Program-made: the position numbers and the translations under genes
Notes under the pieces: model-generated
Told to the model about the DNA's origin: nothing
Databases searched by the model: none
What the model saw: the letters and a program-made list of their open reading frames with translations, nothing else
Shown: piece after piece, positions 35,538-48,634 of the stretch
Numbering within the stretch: position 1 is the stretch's first letter
How the letters are laid out: the number at the start of each line of letters is the position of its first letter
From: Paraphysomonas bandaiensis
Lineage: Eukaryota; Protista; Chrysophyceae
Direction: 5' to 3'
Length of the DNA: 64,000 bases
Assembly: GCA_965644295.1 (NCBI GenBank)
Contig: CBFFRP010000217.1
Span: 1-64,000, forward strand

Positions 35538-36167
35538 ATGTCAGGATCAGGTAGAAAATCTCACTACCGTAAATCTGTGACGGATGAGTTCTTGCACGGT
35601 CTGCCCACCCCTGAGGACGATGATGTTATATGCCGCGCAGTGACCTCACGAGGAGCCAATCTATTCGAGGTGCAGTTCTGTGCTGTGCTGTTGTTCTATG
35701 CGGAGAGTAACATACATGTGTGTAGATTGAGCTGGGTAACGGTAAACTGGAACTAGCAATACTTCCGAATAAGTTTAAGAAGCTTATATGGGTGAAGCGT
35801 GGCGATTACCTCATTGCGTCTTCCTCTCAGAACGACTGCACCACCTCTACGGGAGATGATGGAAAAGTCAAATACTTGATCAAAAACATTCTAAACAAAG
35901 ACCAAGTCAAGCATATTCAAAGTTTAGGGCTGTGGTAAGCATGAATTCTTCTTTTTTTCTGCTTGGCATTAATTGATACGTAGGCCGGAAGAGTTTGTAA
36001 TTGAGGAAGTTAAGAAAGAGTCATATGACGGTATGCCTGATTACGACACCAGCGAAAGCGAGTGTGAATATGAAGATGATGAACCTGAGGTAGACTCTAT
36101 GGGAAATTATATATTAAAGCAGGGCGACGACGATGAAGAGGAAGAGAGTTCCAGTCAGAATATATAG
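35538..36167 (+). CDS. EIF1AD: eIF1A-domain RNA-binding protein EIF1AD, three exons
   Basis: SRGANLFE|IELG...LPNKFKKLIWVKRGDYL...KDQVKHIQSLGLW|PEEF plus acidic tail. Confidence 0.9.
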
Positions 36168-36663
36168 CAAGTTGTCACGAATTATATATTATTTTATAGT
36201 AGTATAATAATTAAATATGTTATAATAATAGTAGTGATGACACAAATGGTATTTATCTTGTTTACAAGGTATTTGAGAAGTCCTCACCCTGTGATTCCGA
36301 ACATGTAGACGAATAGTTACATTTCGACGGATATTGTCAATATCTTTCCGAAATCGAATCGTTACCAAGTGAGTTGAGCACGGACAAAAGCAAGTGTAAT
36401 GAGTGAACAATGCAATAAATATATTTTCGGGGGAATTTAGCTAAATATTGAAACAAATCTCTATATAATTTAACCTCTGTAATCAGTGTCATCACATATT
36501 GTAGCTTACATTATACAATATATCATTATATAGCTATATTAATCTACATTAAATTGCAGCTGTAACACAAAGAAAGAAAGTTCTTATTAAATGAAGACGA
36601 CATACATACTGTACTCTGAAAATAAAGAAAGCGGCACACGTTAAAATAACACCACTATAGCTA

Positions 36664-39600
36664 CTACTTCTTTTTTTTACGAGTTGAATTACTCCTACCA
36701 CTAGCACTATTGTGAATCGAAGCTTTCCGCTTATTTTCCGCATTACAGCCTTCTCTTGGAGAAGTTTGAGGTGGGATATAGTTTGCTGGATTCGGTTCAC
36801 CTTCGCGTGTAATGCAGTCGAGTAAGTACCCCGGTGTCACCAAAGTTAGAGTCGCACCGCAGGAACATTTGTTTCCCTGGAGGATATCGGTAACCGTATA
36901 GTCCACTTGATGGTGGCTGTCTTCGCCATGACATGTGAGGCACGCATCGCTATTTACTACGTGTCCTCCACCAGCGATCACAAGTTTGCGCAAAATGTCT
37001 TGTGGGGGAGTGCATGGGTTCATGATGGTAATTCTCAGTCCCTCAAAAGGTTTGCTACCGGCAGATGCCCTTTCTCTGCCTCTTCTGCACGCACCCGCCC
37101 ATACACCCCCAGTGACCCCAGAATCTCCCCATCCCCACTCGAACGATTCCTCCGGAAGGAATTTCCCTGCAGAGACAGACGCGTCCAAATACTCAGGTCG
37201 TAAAACCCACTTTACATACGAAGGAACAAAAAAAATTAGAAACATGAGTAGATTGACGAATAGAGAGCATACCTTTCCAGCAGCTGTGCAACACAGAAGC
37301 TTCTCAGTGCGTTTGAGCTCCCACTGAATGAGGTGCGTGCATGTGCTATCATAACCTGGCAGTGCTCTCTTACCATGTTTGGATGGCTCACTGCTCTGTT
37401 CTTGTCCCTGCCCCAACCTCAGCACTACCCCACCCAGAGTCTCGATATCAGATATGGCCTTTTCCTCTGTGGCAATATACTTCTTGTCCGATATTCCACC
37501 TGCGCCTAGCAGAAACACTCGGCGCTGCCTTTCCGCAACAGATACCTGACCCCGAATTGTGGACTCTGTTGTTTGGCGTTGAACATTACAAGGTTCACTA
37601 TGGGCATCATTGACTTGATCAAATGGTTGAAACACAGTGGCCAGACTTGCTTCCTTCGTCGGACAATTAGCGTTAGAATACAATTCGCTATTCGGCTGGC
37701 CGGCAGTGATATTTCCTGTTACGAGCACATTATCACCTATCACATCGCAATTAATATCTCCATCTGTGTTCTCAAAAGGGCTCAAATGCCCTTGTAAAGG
37801 CAGAGGAATCGAAGGCGAGCTCGCTGCATCAGATGAGCAAGCAGATTCCGCTTTTCTTTCATCTGCAGGAAAAGAAGATTGTACAGCGTCACTGACTTCC
37901 CCTCGCACAGAGTACTGAGCTTCATCTTCGCGTCGCCAATGTCTGAGACAATCAAATACCCATTGTTCACCCACTACAGTTACACCCCATGAAGGATCAC
38001 AAGCAGCATCGTATTTCTTTCCCTCGGGCCGTGCGCAGATTAAATGAGTGGTCACTTTGCTAAATATCACACCAGATATCAGTACATCGGCTGGAGAGAT
38101 TGCACGAGAAAAATGCCGCGTACCTGAGCATGGGTCCTGAGAAGCACGCACCACATGCTCTAATTGCACGCTTCAGCTCTGCTCGCCACAACTTTCGTCT
38201 CGCCTCGCTCCCTTTACTATCCTTATCTGACCACAACCCATAGCCAGATATACACACCACGCAAGTTGACATGCCAGGGATACCCCACGTGTGTCTCGTG
38301 GGATAGTAGAGGGACGAGAAACAGACAGCCATTGCACGGAGTACTTTATCCTCGTCAATTTCCTGTGGAAAACAGCCACCTAGTATATAAATCTGAGAAA
38401 TATATACGCACCCAACACAGTGGTAGAAACATACATCTTTATACATTTCCGGATATGTATGACACAATTATACACTACTCTAATGCGAACATAACATGCT
38501 AGTCACCTTCACTACATCCAAACAAAATATTCCACTCCGGTTTGCAATCAACTCGGGTGGTTGGTGAGTCGTCTACTATCAATGGGATAGATCTGCCCAT
38601 GTCAATGCACGAGTACACATACACATGGCTCACAGAAAGAATAGCAGATGGAGAAGGAAGGTCACTCACAATTTCCTTAACTTTCCTCAGGGTCGGACAA
38701 AGAGTGTCCCTAGACACCACGTATAGCTCAGGTTGGGATATAGACACAACGCTTTCGATATCAAATAACTGTCCTCCCATCCACCTGTAAATAACACGAG
38801 TTATTCTCACACATAAAAATGAGTCCAATCACTGAGTAATCACTGCTACAGAGTAGGATACGCCATAAAATTCCTTAAAGATATAAAAACTGCAATGTGC
38901 AACTCTTCTACAATCTTACTCTCGGTGCATATATCACCTAATCGCTTCTTCCAAACAAACTCGGGCTGCACCCAGATACTGCAAGGATAGAACGAAAGCC
39001 TTACCCCTATACGCGTCCAGCCCTGACACGAACGGCTCTAAACTTCAATAAGAACACATAACATTAAATGTTTACCTTGCGACTGTTTATATGTAGATAC
39101 TGTGGAAAGGAAAAGAGAGTCATGCAATGTACGCCCAGTGTGATTCATAATGGGTACAGATGCACGATGGGCTCCATGATTGGCTACACATGATTGAATA
39201 CGATTCAGGCAAACAGATATCACACCAGCACGGTCAGGTGATAGTTGAGGGCTATGAAGACGGGTCTTACGCATTACGCACCGCTGTAGGTCTTCTCCTG
39301 TGACTAAAATTGGGGCTAATGCAACCAATGTTTCCGCCGAAGGATCATCAAGTGTCTGACAAATACTGCTAGCTTTAGCGGTCCACATCACCTGAGAGAA
39401 GTACAAGTAAAGTACACGAAGACTGTGAGGGAGGGAGTCATTTTCAACATATTTTGAGTCCATTGCGGTGCAATTATTACTAGAGCTGACAATATGCGTG
39501 CAGAGGTAAGAGTCGTCGCTACATATCTGGCCGCCATAGTGACTTAAGAGCGCTGAATAGGCAAATCTGTGTTGAGCATGCTCTACCCCCTCATGAGGTA

Positions 39601-39975
39601 ACTGTATTAGCAGGCCGCTGAATATAAACAACGAATCTATCCAATAGTGCTCCTGCGACACATATCACACGACAAGCACGACATTCACAGCGTACTCACA
39701 ACAGGTTGCACTGAGTTAAATAGCACACTGCTTATAGCCCACAGCGGAGATACGAGCTCCACGCCACGAAGGCTGAATTCTCGGTACGTGGATATCTGTT
39801 CTGGGAGGCAAACCACACACATCGTCGTCTGTTTTATGGACGAGTGTCTCTCGCAGCCCATGCTGTGCATATACCTCTCCAGAGCACAGGCCAGACCATG
39901 CAAGGATGGGCAGAAGTAGTATGAGTACCTGAACTGCATGGTGCGCAGTTCGATTTCGATAGTCTGCACCAGCAC
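36664..39975 (-). CDS. Multi-BRCT-domain protein (TopBP1-like C-terminal BRCT pair), multi-exon
   Basis: TTHLICARPEGKKYDAA...VGEQWVFDC; CTHLI...KRTEKLLCCTAAGK|WVLRPEYLDAS; LVIAGGG...YLLDCI. Start is uncertain. Confidence 0.8.
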
Positions 39976-40112
39976 AGCAGCAGCGGCTTCTTGTTCCTGT
40001 AAGTATCAGAGTATGTAAGAGCTGTGCATGGAGGACTGGTGTAGATATACGACTGTACTTATATAATACAATAACAAGGACTACACATACCACCAGCAGC
40101 AGGAGCGGAGTT

Positions 40113-40278
40113 GGAATTCCATCTGTGGGAATAGTCGGAATATGTCGATCCAGCAAAAAAATCGACCTTTTTTCGTTATTTCTCCGAAATATATTCGTCA
40201 AAAAACAACATGCATCAAAAAAGCCTGGATTTTTTTGCTGGATCGACATATTCCGCTGGATCCCACAGACAGAATTCC
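40113..40278. mobile_element. Small MITE-like foldback
   Basis: 28-bp perfect inverted repeat 40136-40163 / 40228-40255, with imperfect outer arms GGAATTC..TCTGTGGGA / TCCCACAGA..GAATTCC. Confidence 0.65.
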
Positions 40279-40490
40279 TTCGTAGCCGTATCATACTGTT
40301 GTGTGAAACACCAGTAGCCGTATGAACAGCATCAGTAGCCGTATGGCTCGTGGTGTTTGTTCGTACCACGTACAGCAGTACAGCAGAAGTACCAATGAAT
40401 AAACAGCCTCTACACTGATGCTAATATCTGGGAAGTGCAGACATATTTATATACATATATCGAACTCTGACGTAATCCATTGTTGTCCCT

Positions 40491-42136
40491 ATGGAAGGTG
40501 GATATAGAGCGCGAAACGGCGCTAAAGATGCCCCTATTCGACGCAGTGCTGACTCTACGGAAGCAGGGGTGAGAAAATCTATAAAAAGGGGTTTTATTAA
40601 CTAGTGTTTGAAGGATGACTTCCCAATGCTGTGTGAGACATGTCTTGGACAGAACCCATATGTAAGAATGGTCAAACTTCCGTTTGGCAAGAAGCTTTGC
40701 AAAATATCCCATGCGCCGTACCAGGCCTTTCGGTGGAAGGCAGGGCCTGGTGGTCGATACAAGGAAACTGTCATTAGTTTTGTAATAGCGAAAGATAGGA
40801 ATATTTGTCAGGCTTGTCTAAACGATATGCAGTTTGGCCTTCCCGTAGGAGTGCGGGATAAGCTTATATCTGAGTCGAAGGGTCAAGTGGCAATGCCGAA
40901 GAGTGAAGTTGGGCAAATGTACTACCACGAGCAACAGGCGCAGCTCCAAAATTCTTCTGATGGCGTTTCCGATCAGGCAGTGGGATTCAACATGCAGCAC
41001 ATGGCACAGACGAACCAACTGGCAAAGTTCTCTCAAGCTGTGCATTCCCAGGCCAATGCAAGCAGCACTGCCTTCCGCAATCTACCAAAACTGTGCACAT
41101 TTTGGCTGGGTGGAGGTTGTACCCGAGTCAAACGGAAGGCATGTCCGTTTCGCCCTTGCTGTGGTACGTTTGTTTTTCCGGAGCTTGCTGCAACACACCG
41201 AGAAGAAATGCAAAAGCTCGTGGAGGATCTCAAAACTCGTGGACCAGATACAATGCAGCGGAATCTGAGTCCCGAGGTGCGAGATGCACTAAGAGCTGCA
41301 CTTAAGGGTAACAAGGATGATGCAATAAAGAAGCGTGTGTATGGGGAGGATGATCTCACCTCCCGGTACCTTGGGAAGATGAAAGCCATGGTTAGCTGAT
41401 ATTGTTGTGTACTTTGTTTTCAATGGATATTTTATGGGTGAAAATGACATCCCTATAGCGTTTTTGTATGTGGTGTGATACGTACAGTGCTCATAAATTG
41501 TTCTTGAACTATATAGTGTATATTCTGGTATTGTATACCGTGCATATGGTTGATAGGTAATGTCTAATATGTTGTTTGTGTAGCGAATGGAACTCACACC
41601 TCCGTCTGATGGAAGTGTGACCACATTATGGGTCGGTGGTGTCGACGCAGATATTACTGCTGACGATCTGAGAGACATATTTTATGCTTATGGGCATTTG
41701 CAGAACATACATGTTGTACCCGCGTCGCGGTAGGTCCTTGAACTGTTCATTCTACAGTATGTGAAGTATGCAACTATTAGGTGTGCTTTCGTTGACTACG
41801 GAGATCGTGCCGCAGCAGAGTATGCCGCCAGTCAGCTTTACAACAACCTAACCGTTAAGGGACGCACACTTTCTTTAAATTGGGCCAAACCACGCGCTCA
41901 GGCCCTAGTTGGCGGATCCGAACCGACCCGAGGTGCGTTGATCGACTGTTGTGTGTGTGCTACGTTTAATGGTGAACTTGTCAGATGATAACGATGCAGT
42001 CCTTCTCCCACCGGGTATGTCAGCTAGTGATATGAAGTCAATACTTCCGACCTCTGCATCTGGACCTCCGCCCCCGCCCGGGCCCCCGCCCTCATATCCC
42101 TCCATGGATCCACAGAGAATGGGAACTAAATTTTAG
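40491..42136 (+). CDS. RBM22: Pre-mRNA splicing factor RBM22/Ecm2/Slt11
   Basis: DFPMLCETCLGQNPYVRM, FRWKAG, NICQACLNDMQFGLPVGVRD, CCCH-like RNLPKLCTFW, RRM (TTLWVGGV, CAFVDY, LNWAKP), C-terminal YPSMDPQRMG. Confidence 0.95.
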
Positions 42137-44343
42137 CGCACCATATTTAGCAATATAGAGCTATTGTTTATTATTGTGAACGCCACAGAGACTTGCCAGT
42201 ATATTACGTAGCGCATTGTAGGTATTGACTTTCTTCTGTATGTATAGTATATGTCGTTCATTGGAGTCTAACTTCATATAATAACACAGCCAAGTAGTCA
42301 AGTAATACTGTATTCACGGGGTTTTGCATGTATATTCTCAGTCATAGTGTATGGGCTACGCTGAAGTCACTGATGCTATGCAACGATCTCGTGTGAGCAC
42401 CTCTTTGTCTCAAACGTGTGTGTACTGGATATATTTGGATTAGTAGGACGATGCCAAAAAACGCTTTCACGTAAATATAAGGCTGTTCAAGGAGGCAAAT
42501 AAGATCACAAAATTGAACATGTTTCAGTTAAATGGATTGAAAGCACAAAATGACTATAGAAAGCGTACTAAAGAATTTTTTCAAAACCGTTTTGCATCTT
42601 CTATTCCACTTATATTTTATTTTTAACCATCTTAAGGGTTTATCCCCATTTTGTCTCAAAAAAAGCGTTTTTTGACCTGATTTGGGCTCAACAGAGCACT
42701 CATATCAGCACCGGGCAAATATAGACATTCAACTTCAATATTCGGTTCAACAGGAGCTCACTTCTATCTTTATTATGATATTGACAGTTATATGTAAGTA
42801 TGTGAATTCATTATATGACCACAATCATGAGCAAACTATCCAAAGCAGGTCTTATAGCACTCCAAGTTATATTCCATCCTTTTCGTCTGAATATCATAAT
42901 GATGTCAGTGCAAGCGATCTATCTTCATAACCAGGACTTCGAAACAACTTCAAGGATGTTTCAGGAGAGTTTAAGTGTCATATCTGATGCTGCATAGGTG
43001 GCTAAGGGCAGTAGCATCCAGTTTTTTCAGGGTTTGGGTCGCATTGTGCTTATGAGGATATTGTGTACCTCATATCATACACACATCATTCAATCAGGTG
43101 CACTAGGAGAGGAGGTTAAGCGCATTGTATATTGTATATAAATATGATGATGATGCTAATTAAGGCAATGCCTTTCGCGCGACTACCACTGTTCACATTC
43201 ATCATCATACTTAAGTACAAATTTCAACACCTCGCAGTTGCCACTCCCTCAGTATCCTTCTGTGATAGGAGTGTATTTGTTGTAGCTATTACATATATAA
43301 ATTTGGGGGCTATTGTTTGCGTTGATCTACAGTATAGTGCAATTCTATTCTCAAAGCATATGCAGTATACACATTCAATATTATGTATTCTCATTTCTGT
43401 TTTCATAATATTATAATCAGGAAACACCTATTTCTTATTACAGAAAGCAAGCTACTAATACCACTACAATCTAATACTATTAAGTTTTAAACATCATGAG
43501 GATAAGCTACAATTTAACCTAGGGATAAGGAGTATCGTCCCTTGTCGATATAGCATCCTTATTGCCCGTGGTGAAATATAACTATATCTTATAACGGAAT
43601 ACTGATTTTTATCACAATATTATTCTTGTGTGTGTGGTTGTAAAATTAGTTGTGAAAGCAATTCTCATGTTACTTACACACAGTAATGTTGTCGTTTATT
43701 CTGTTACTTTAACTTTATGTGCTAGCAGTGCATATACGCGTATACTATCAGAGTGAAATACGTTGTTGTGTAAAATAACAACGGAAGAATACTGACTATG
43801 AAACGAGGCCGCTTCAGGGGGAAACTATGAGTTGGAAGTGAGTGTATATCAACGCTCGGGCAAGTATTCAGGGCAGCTCTCACCAACAGGCATTTCCTGG
43901 CTTATTGGAGATATTCCTACATATGTTCTCAGAGCAGTCTTTTATTCACGCTTCATCGTCCAGTATACCGACACCCCACATTCGTATGCTTCTCATTCAT
44001 GCACGGCGATATCTGTCGCAGTGCACAACACCATGACATGCAGTCCAAGGAGGAAGTGCACTTGAGATCACGGCACTGCCACAACGTACCAACCAATCAG
44101 TGAAGAGCAGAGTCAGATATGTATTTCATGTATACAGTTTAACTACAGCGGTATACTATTCACAGCAATGGAGTCCATGAGAAATTTTCTCAGTACTGCA
44201 TATCACTCATGCGCATGGATAGATCTCGAGATGCATGATGGGCGCTGCTATCCTTGAGGGCGATACCCAAACACTTGATGATATTATACTTGTAAGAGGT
44301 TGGGTTGGTTCTGGTGTATTTCCTTATATTGTTTCTTGGTACA

Positions 44344-45261
44344 ATGAACCTAGCGGAGAATTCGCACCAGTATGAAGACATGCCGTTATTGCTGGATGAC
44401 TATAATCCCGAATGCACTTTTCATTACGTTGATGAAGAGAAAAATGGGCCTCGAGCAGTTGTAATCCATAATGTTCTTAATGAAAATGAGTGCAAAAACA
44501 TCATGCTTTTTATGGATTCAGATCAAGTTTCGCTTGAGTCAGTCAGCTCGAATACATCGATCAGGAATAATGAGAGAGCAGTAGTGATGAGCGAACGAAT
44601 AGCAAAGACTTTATTTGACAGAGTGGCTCCAATTTTAACTCAACTCGGTCAACATGAATTGGAGTGTCATTCATCGAATTGTACAGACTTTATTAATGAC
44701 GGACTTGGAATGAAAGGCACATGGGAGCTCAGTTCTCTGAATCCTTGCTTTAGACTGTGCAAATACCAGCCAAATGGGCATTTTGGACCACATTATGATG
44801 GAGATTACATTATTGACCCTATTTCTCACCGATCGTTGAAAACTTTGATGATATATTTAAATGATTCCTTCGATGGAGGACGCACTTGCTTCTGTAACGA
44901 CCATGACATGCACTACGATGAGATTAGACAAATATACTGTTCTCCCGACAGTATGTTGTACGCTAAACTGAAAGCTCGTCCTGGAGATTGTCTTATATTT
45001 GATCACAGAATATTACATCAGGGGGAACAGGTTATTGGTGGATGTAAATATATTATGCGGAGTGATGTTATGTACAAGAAAATGAATGATACTTCAATTC
45101 GTTTGAGTACTATGGAAATAGAACAGCGAAATCTGGAAGCTGCTGCAGTGAAACTGTATCACGAGGGCACGGCACTTGAACAAAATGGTAAAGTGGATGA
45201 AGCGATAATAAAGTACAAAAGGGCGATTGCGTTATACCCTGATATAGAGATGTATTTTTAA
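44344..45261 (+). CDS. Prolyl-4-hydroxylase-like 2OG-Fe(II) oxygenase with C-terminal TPR-like helix
   Basis: HNVLNENEC, LNPCFRLCKY...FGPHYDG, TLMIYLND.FDGGRT, PGDCLIFDHRILHQGEQV..G.KYIMRSDVMY; tail EAIIKYKRAIALYPDIE. Confidence 0.9.
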   Translation: MNLAENSHQYEDMPLLLDDYNPECTFHYVDEEKNGPRAVVIHNVLNENECKNIMLFMDSDQVSLESVSSNTSIRNNERAVVMSERIAKTLFDRVAPILTQLGQHELECHSSNCTDFINDGLGMKGTWELSSLNPCFRLCKYQPNGHFGPHYDGDYIIDPISHRSLKTLMIYLNDSFDGGRTCFCNDHDMHYDEIRQIYCSPDSMLYAKLKARPGDCLIFDHRILHQGEQVIGGCKYIMRSDVMYKKMNDTSIRLSTMEIEQRNLEAAAVKLYHEGTALEQNGKVDEAIIKYKRAIALYPDIEMYF

Positions 45262-45917
45262 GCTGGTTATGTAGGCATGATTTTGTCAAGTGTATATTTG
45301 TTAGCTACTTTATGTACCAAGACTAAGCACGACTAAATATAGTTATCATTTACCGAATATTTTGTGAATAATTCTCAGCTTAACACACGAAGAAAAACTT
45401 TTCCAATATGTTTTCAGTGTTTGACATGTGATCTAACAACATACCGTATTTCACCACAAGAGTTTTTTCAATGAATATAGAAATGTAATCTGTGAATGTA
45501 CACAATGTAGAGATCATTCTGATTTCGGCTCAAGAATTACAGTAAACTAGTATAACACATAGCTTATATGAATAATGTGTGATATTGAAACATCGCGAAT
45601 CATGCTCATCATGCACACCACCTGAAAAGAGTCTATGTATTGTTTATTTGTGCTTGAGTTGTAAAAGCGAAAATACTTAATGATGTTATATCTATATTCC
45701 ATTCAGAATACAATAGTTCAAATTATAACGAACTTTGAAGAAATAGTTATAAATATACAAGCAATGCAATTATGTCATCATAAAAATTGTAACTTATTCC
45801 AGACCAAAACACTTTTAAGTAACATGAGGACAGCATGAATAACAGTACGCGTAATATAAGTGAAACTATATGCTTGGTTTAAATGACAAGTACCCTAATT
45901 ATTTAATCTGTCAGTAA

Positions 45918-46531
45918 TCAAACCATAGTTTCTGTATTCTTCCCTCCCATAGTTTCGTTGACAGTTGCATTCTGATTTGACAGATTCAATAAAGCCAGTA
46001 GTTGACGGGTACGTTGATAAGCAATTGAATATAACATTAAAAAAATGGCATTGAATATTATCGAGAACACGTCCCCAACCACAATATTGATGATAAGATA
46101 GAGTGTCTTGAAGATAGCACCAACCAGGCACCACGTGGCATAAAAGTCTAGGTAACCAAATCCACAGCAACATACAGGATTCTTATATTTTACTCCCGTA
46201 ACTGCACAGTAGAGTGCGAACGCTGATATGAGAATCGTGATGATAAAGTCAAAAATAAATGCACCGCTATTGGGATGAGCAGTGGCCAGTAAGAACAGAA
46301 GTCCCCATAATATTTGACACACAAAAATGGTTGTGGCTGCTTGAATGACAAATCTGGAGCGAAGTAAAATATCAGAATCCTGTTTAAAATGTTAGTATTT
46401 CACCCGGGCTACTTGAAAGGGCGTACCTCGTATAGAGTAGTTACGACAATCCCTGGAACAATAGGAACCATCACCACAGTTGTACCATCTTCATTCTTGG
46501 TTCTCTCAAACGACTCAGACGGCTTTGACAT
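45918..46531 (-). CDS. Small ~4-TM membrane protein, paralogue A (two exons)
   Basis: MSKPSES...PGIVVTTLYE|..., hydrophobic helices, GVKYKNP; homologous to 47072-47721. Confidence 0.8.
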
Positions 46532-47071
46532 GAGAGATAGTGAGAGCTAAGTTAAATATAAAATCTTCGACTAATTCTGTGAGAAGTAAAGAAATTGTGC
46601 CCCCTTCCAGTCCACCTTCAGCTGTCGATGTATCTATTCTCGAATAAGATGCGTCTGGAAGAAATCTCTAAAGAAATCTATGACATCATTCTCAGAATGT
46701 ACTGAAATCCAGGAATTTTTAGCCTTTGTGGCAGTGAAATTGCTAGTGGGCACAGAAAAATAGGGTTTTCTAGCTTGAAGTTCATTTCTGTGCACTCTAC
46801 GATCGTAGTTCGAAGGGTGTATGCTGCACTGCACTCGATGTATACCGTATATGGTATACGGTATACCGTATACGTATTTGTGCGTAGAGCTCATAGATCT
46901 GGTCTGTACTCTGCTCTGCTGTAAAGAATGAGCTGCAGAGATTTCTGTGCGATGATGTCACAAACATTCCACACAAGTGAAGGCAGTTAAGCATCTGTCC
47001 AAGTAGGAACATGCCTCTTGTCGATAGAGTTACATTGCCCACATTTGATGTCCTAATCGTTAGCTATAAAC

Positions 47072-47721
47072 ATGATGTCAAAGTCAGCAGATCATAATAA
47101 CAGTGACACGCATGAGGATAGTGGAGGAGTAGATGATCACAAGGATGAAAAGCCGATCCTTCGTATCTGTCCAGGGTACACTATACCCTCTCCTTATGAG
47201 GTATGTAACGTCGCTATTATTGACGTGTGTTATACGCACTGCAGGAGCCAGCTGTTTTACTTTTCTGCAAATTCGTCGTGCAAGCTGACGTCGTGATGTT
47301 GGCATTGCAGATTTTATGGGGCATAATATATGGATCCATGACTGCCACCCATACTGACGCCAGTATATTTGTCGTGGACTTTGTGCTAACGATATCTATA
47401 ACACTTTGTTCGCTAGTCTTAAGTATCGAGGGTGTGAAACATAGGAACCCAGAGCTCTATTTTGGAATGGGATATTTTGAGTTTTGTGCTGCGTGGCATG
47501 CAGTGGGATGTCTTTTTAAAGTGGCGTTTCTTATTATTAACATATTTGAGGGTACAATTTTCGCGATTGTTTTTGATGCGATATTTTTCGTTTTCTATTG
47601 TATTGGGTACTATCGCTGCCGTGAACTGCTTTCACTGCTTTATATGCCACAAAATATTAAAAAAACTAGTGAAATGGAGAGTGAGTCAGCTGAACATAAA
47701 GAAGCGGACAATGCGGTGTGA
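47072..47721 (+). CDS. Small ~4-TM membrane protein, paralogue B (two exons)
   Basis: ...CPGYTIPSPYE|EPAVLL...QILWG...GVKHRNP; same intron position as paralogue A. Confidence 0.8.
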
Positions 47722-48634
47722 TTCAAATGGTTCTGTTGGCTCAGTTCTTCGCCTGTACAATATATAAATTGCTCGTCCCATCATTGTCCAATACGGATGA
47801 AAGACTTTTACTGGCAACACGGAGATTGTTTAACTTAGTGTAATATCGTCCACAGTATCCCCTCATTTCTTGATAATTTCGAAATGATATTAAAAACCGA
47901 AGTATATGAGCATTTCGATATAAATAAAAATGTTTCAATTGAATGAACGATTTGGCTTATGCTTCTGATACTGCAACCGAGAACACCGAATACAGAATTC
48001 AGCATTACAACTGAAGTGATTCTCAATAAATTGCGACTCTTAAAATTGGCACGAGTATTAGAGCTGTGATAGATATTAGGATTGTTGATAACACTGATTA
48101 TTAGCAACGTTAAGTTTATATAATATCAGGAAAAGAACTCCCAGTCTCTAGGGCGCATGTCAGACACAGCCAGACAAGACGACGATTTTTCACGGATGCT
48201 GTCGTCGTCTTGTGTGTCAGACTCGTAATATAATTTTATTTCACTGATATTTTATAAGCTAGGAACCCTGCGTACCTTAAGGCGCTAATGATATCAATGT
48301 AGCCTACGTAAGCACTTCTTTCAATTAAAAATGGCGGCTAATCTGAAAGGATGGAATTATGTTTTTATATCTTGTAAGCTTTCTCATCTATTGTAAATAA
48401 CTCACCTTTAGTAGTTAGCACACCTAGCACCTGCAATGTTAGCAAATCTAATAAAAATGTGAGCATTGGATTTCATTGTGCTAATATATTACCTACATTT
48501 TCATCATCAGTACTTACAACCCCCACGATTAATACATGAACTCCTACATCCCACGTTTTTCGTTTTACATACATACACCATGTCTTATAGTTAATATCAC
48601 CAATAGTTGATAAGAAAATTATTCTTATTGAGTA

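Noticed and set aside
35217-35554. YIHT/MYVC ORFs (also 31696-32161)
   Set aside because: Translations of microsatellites.
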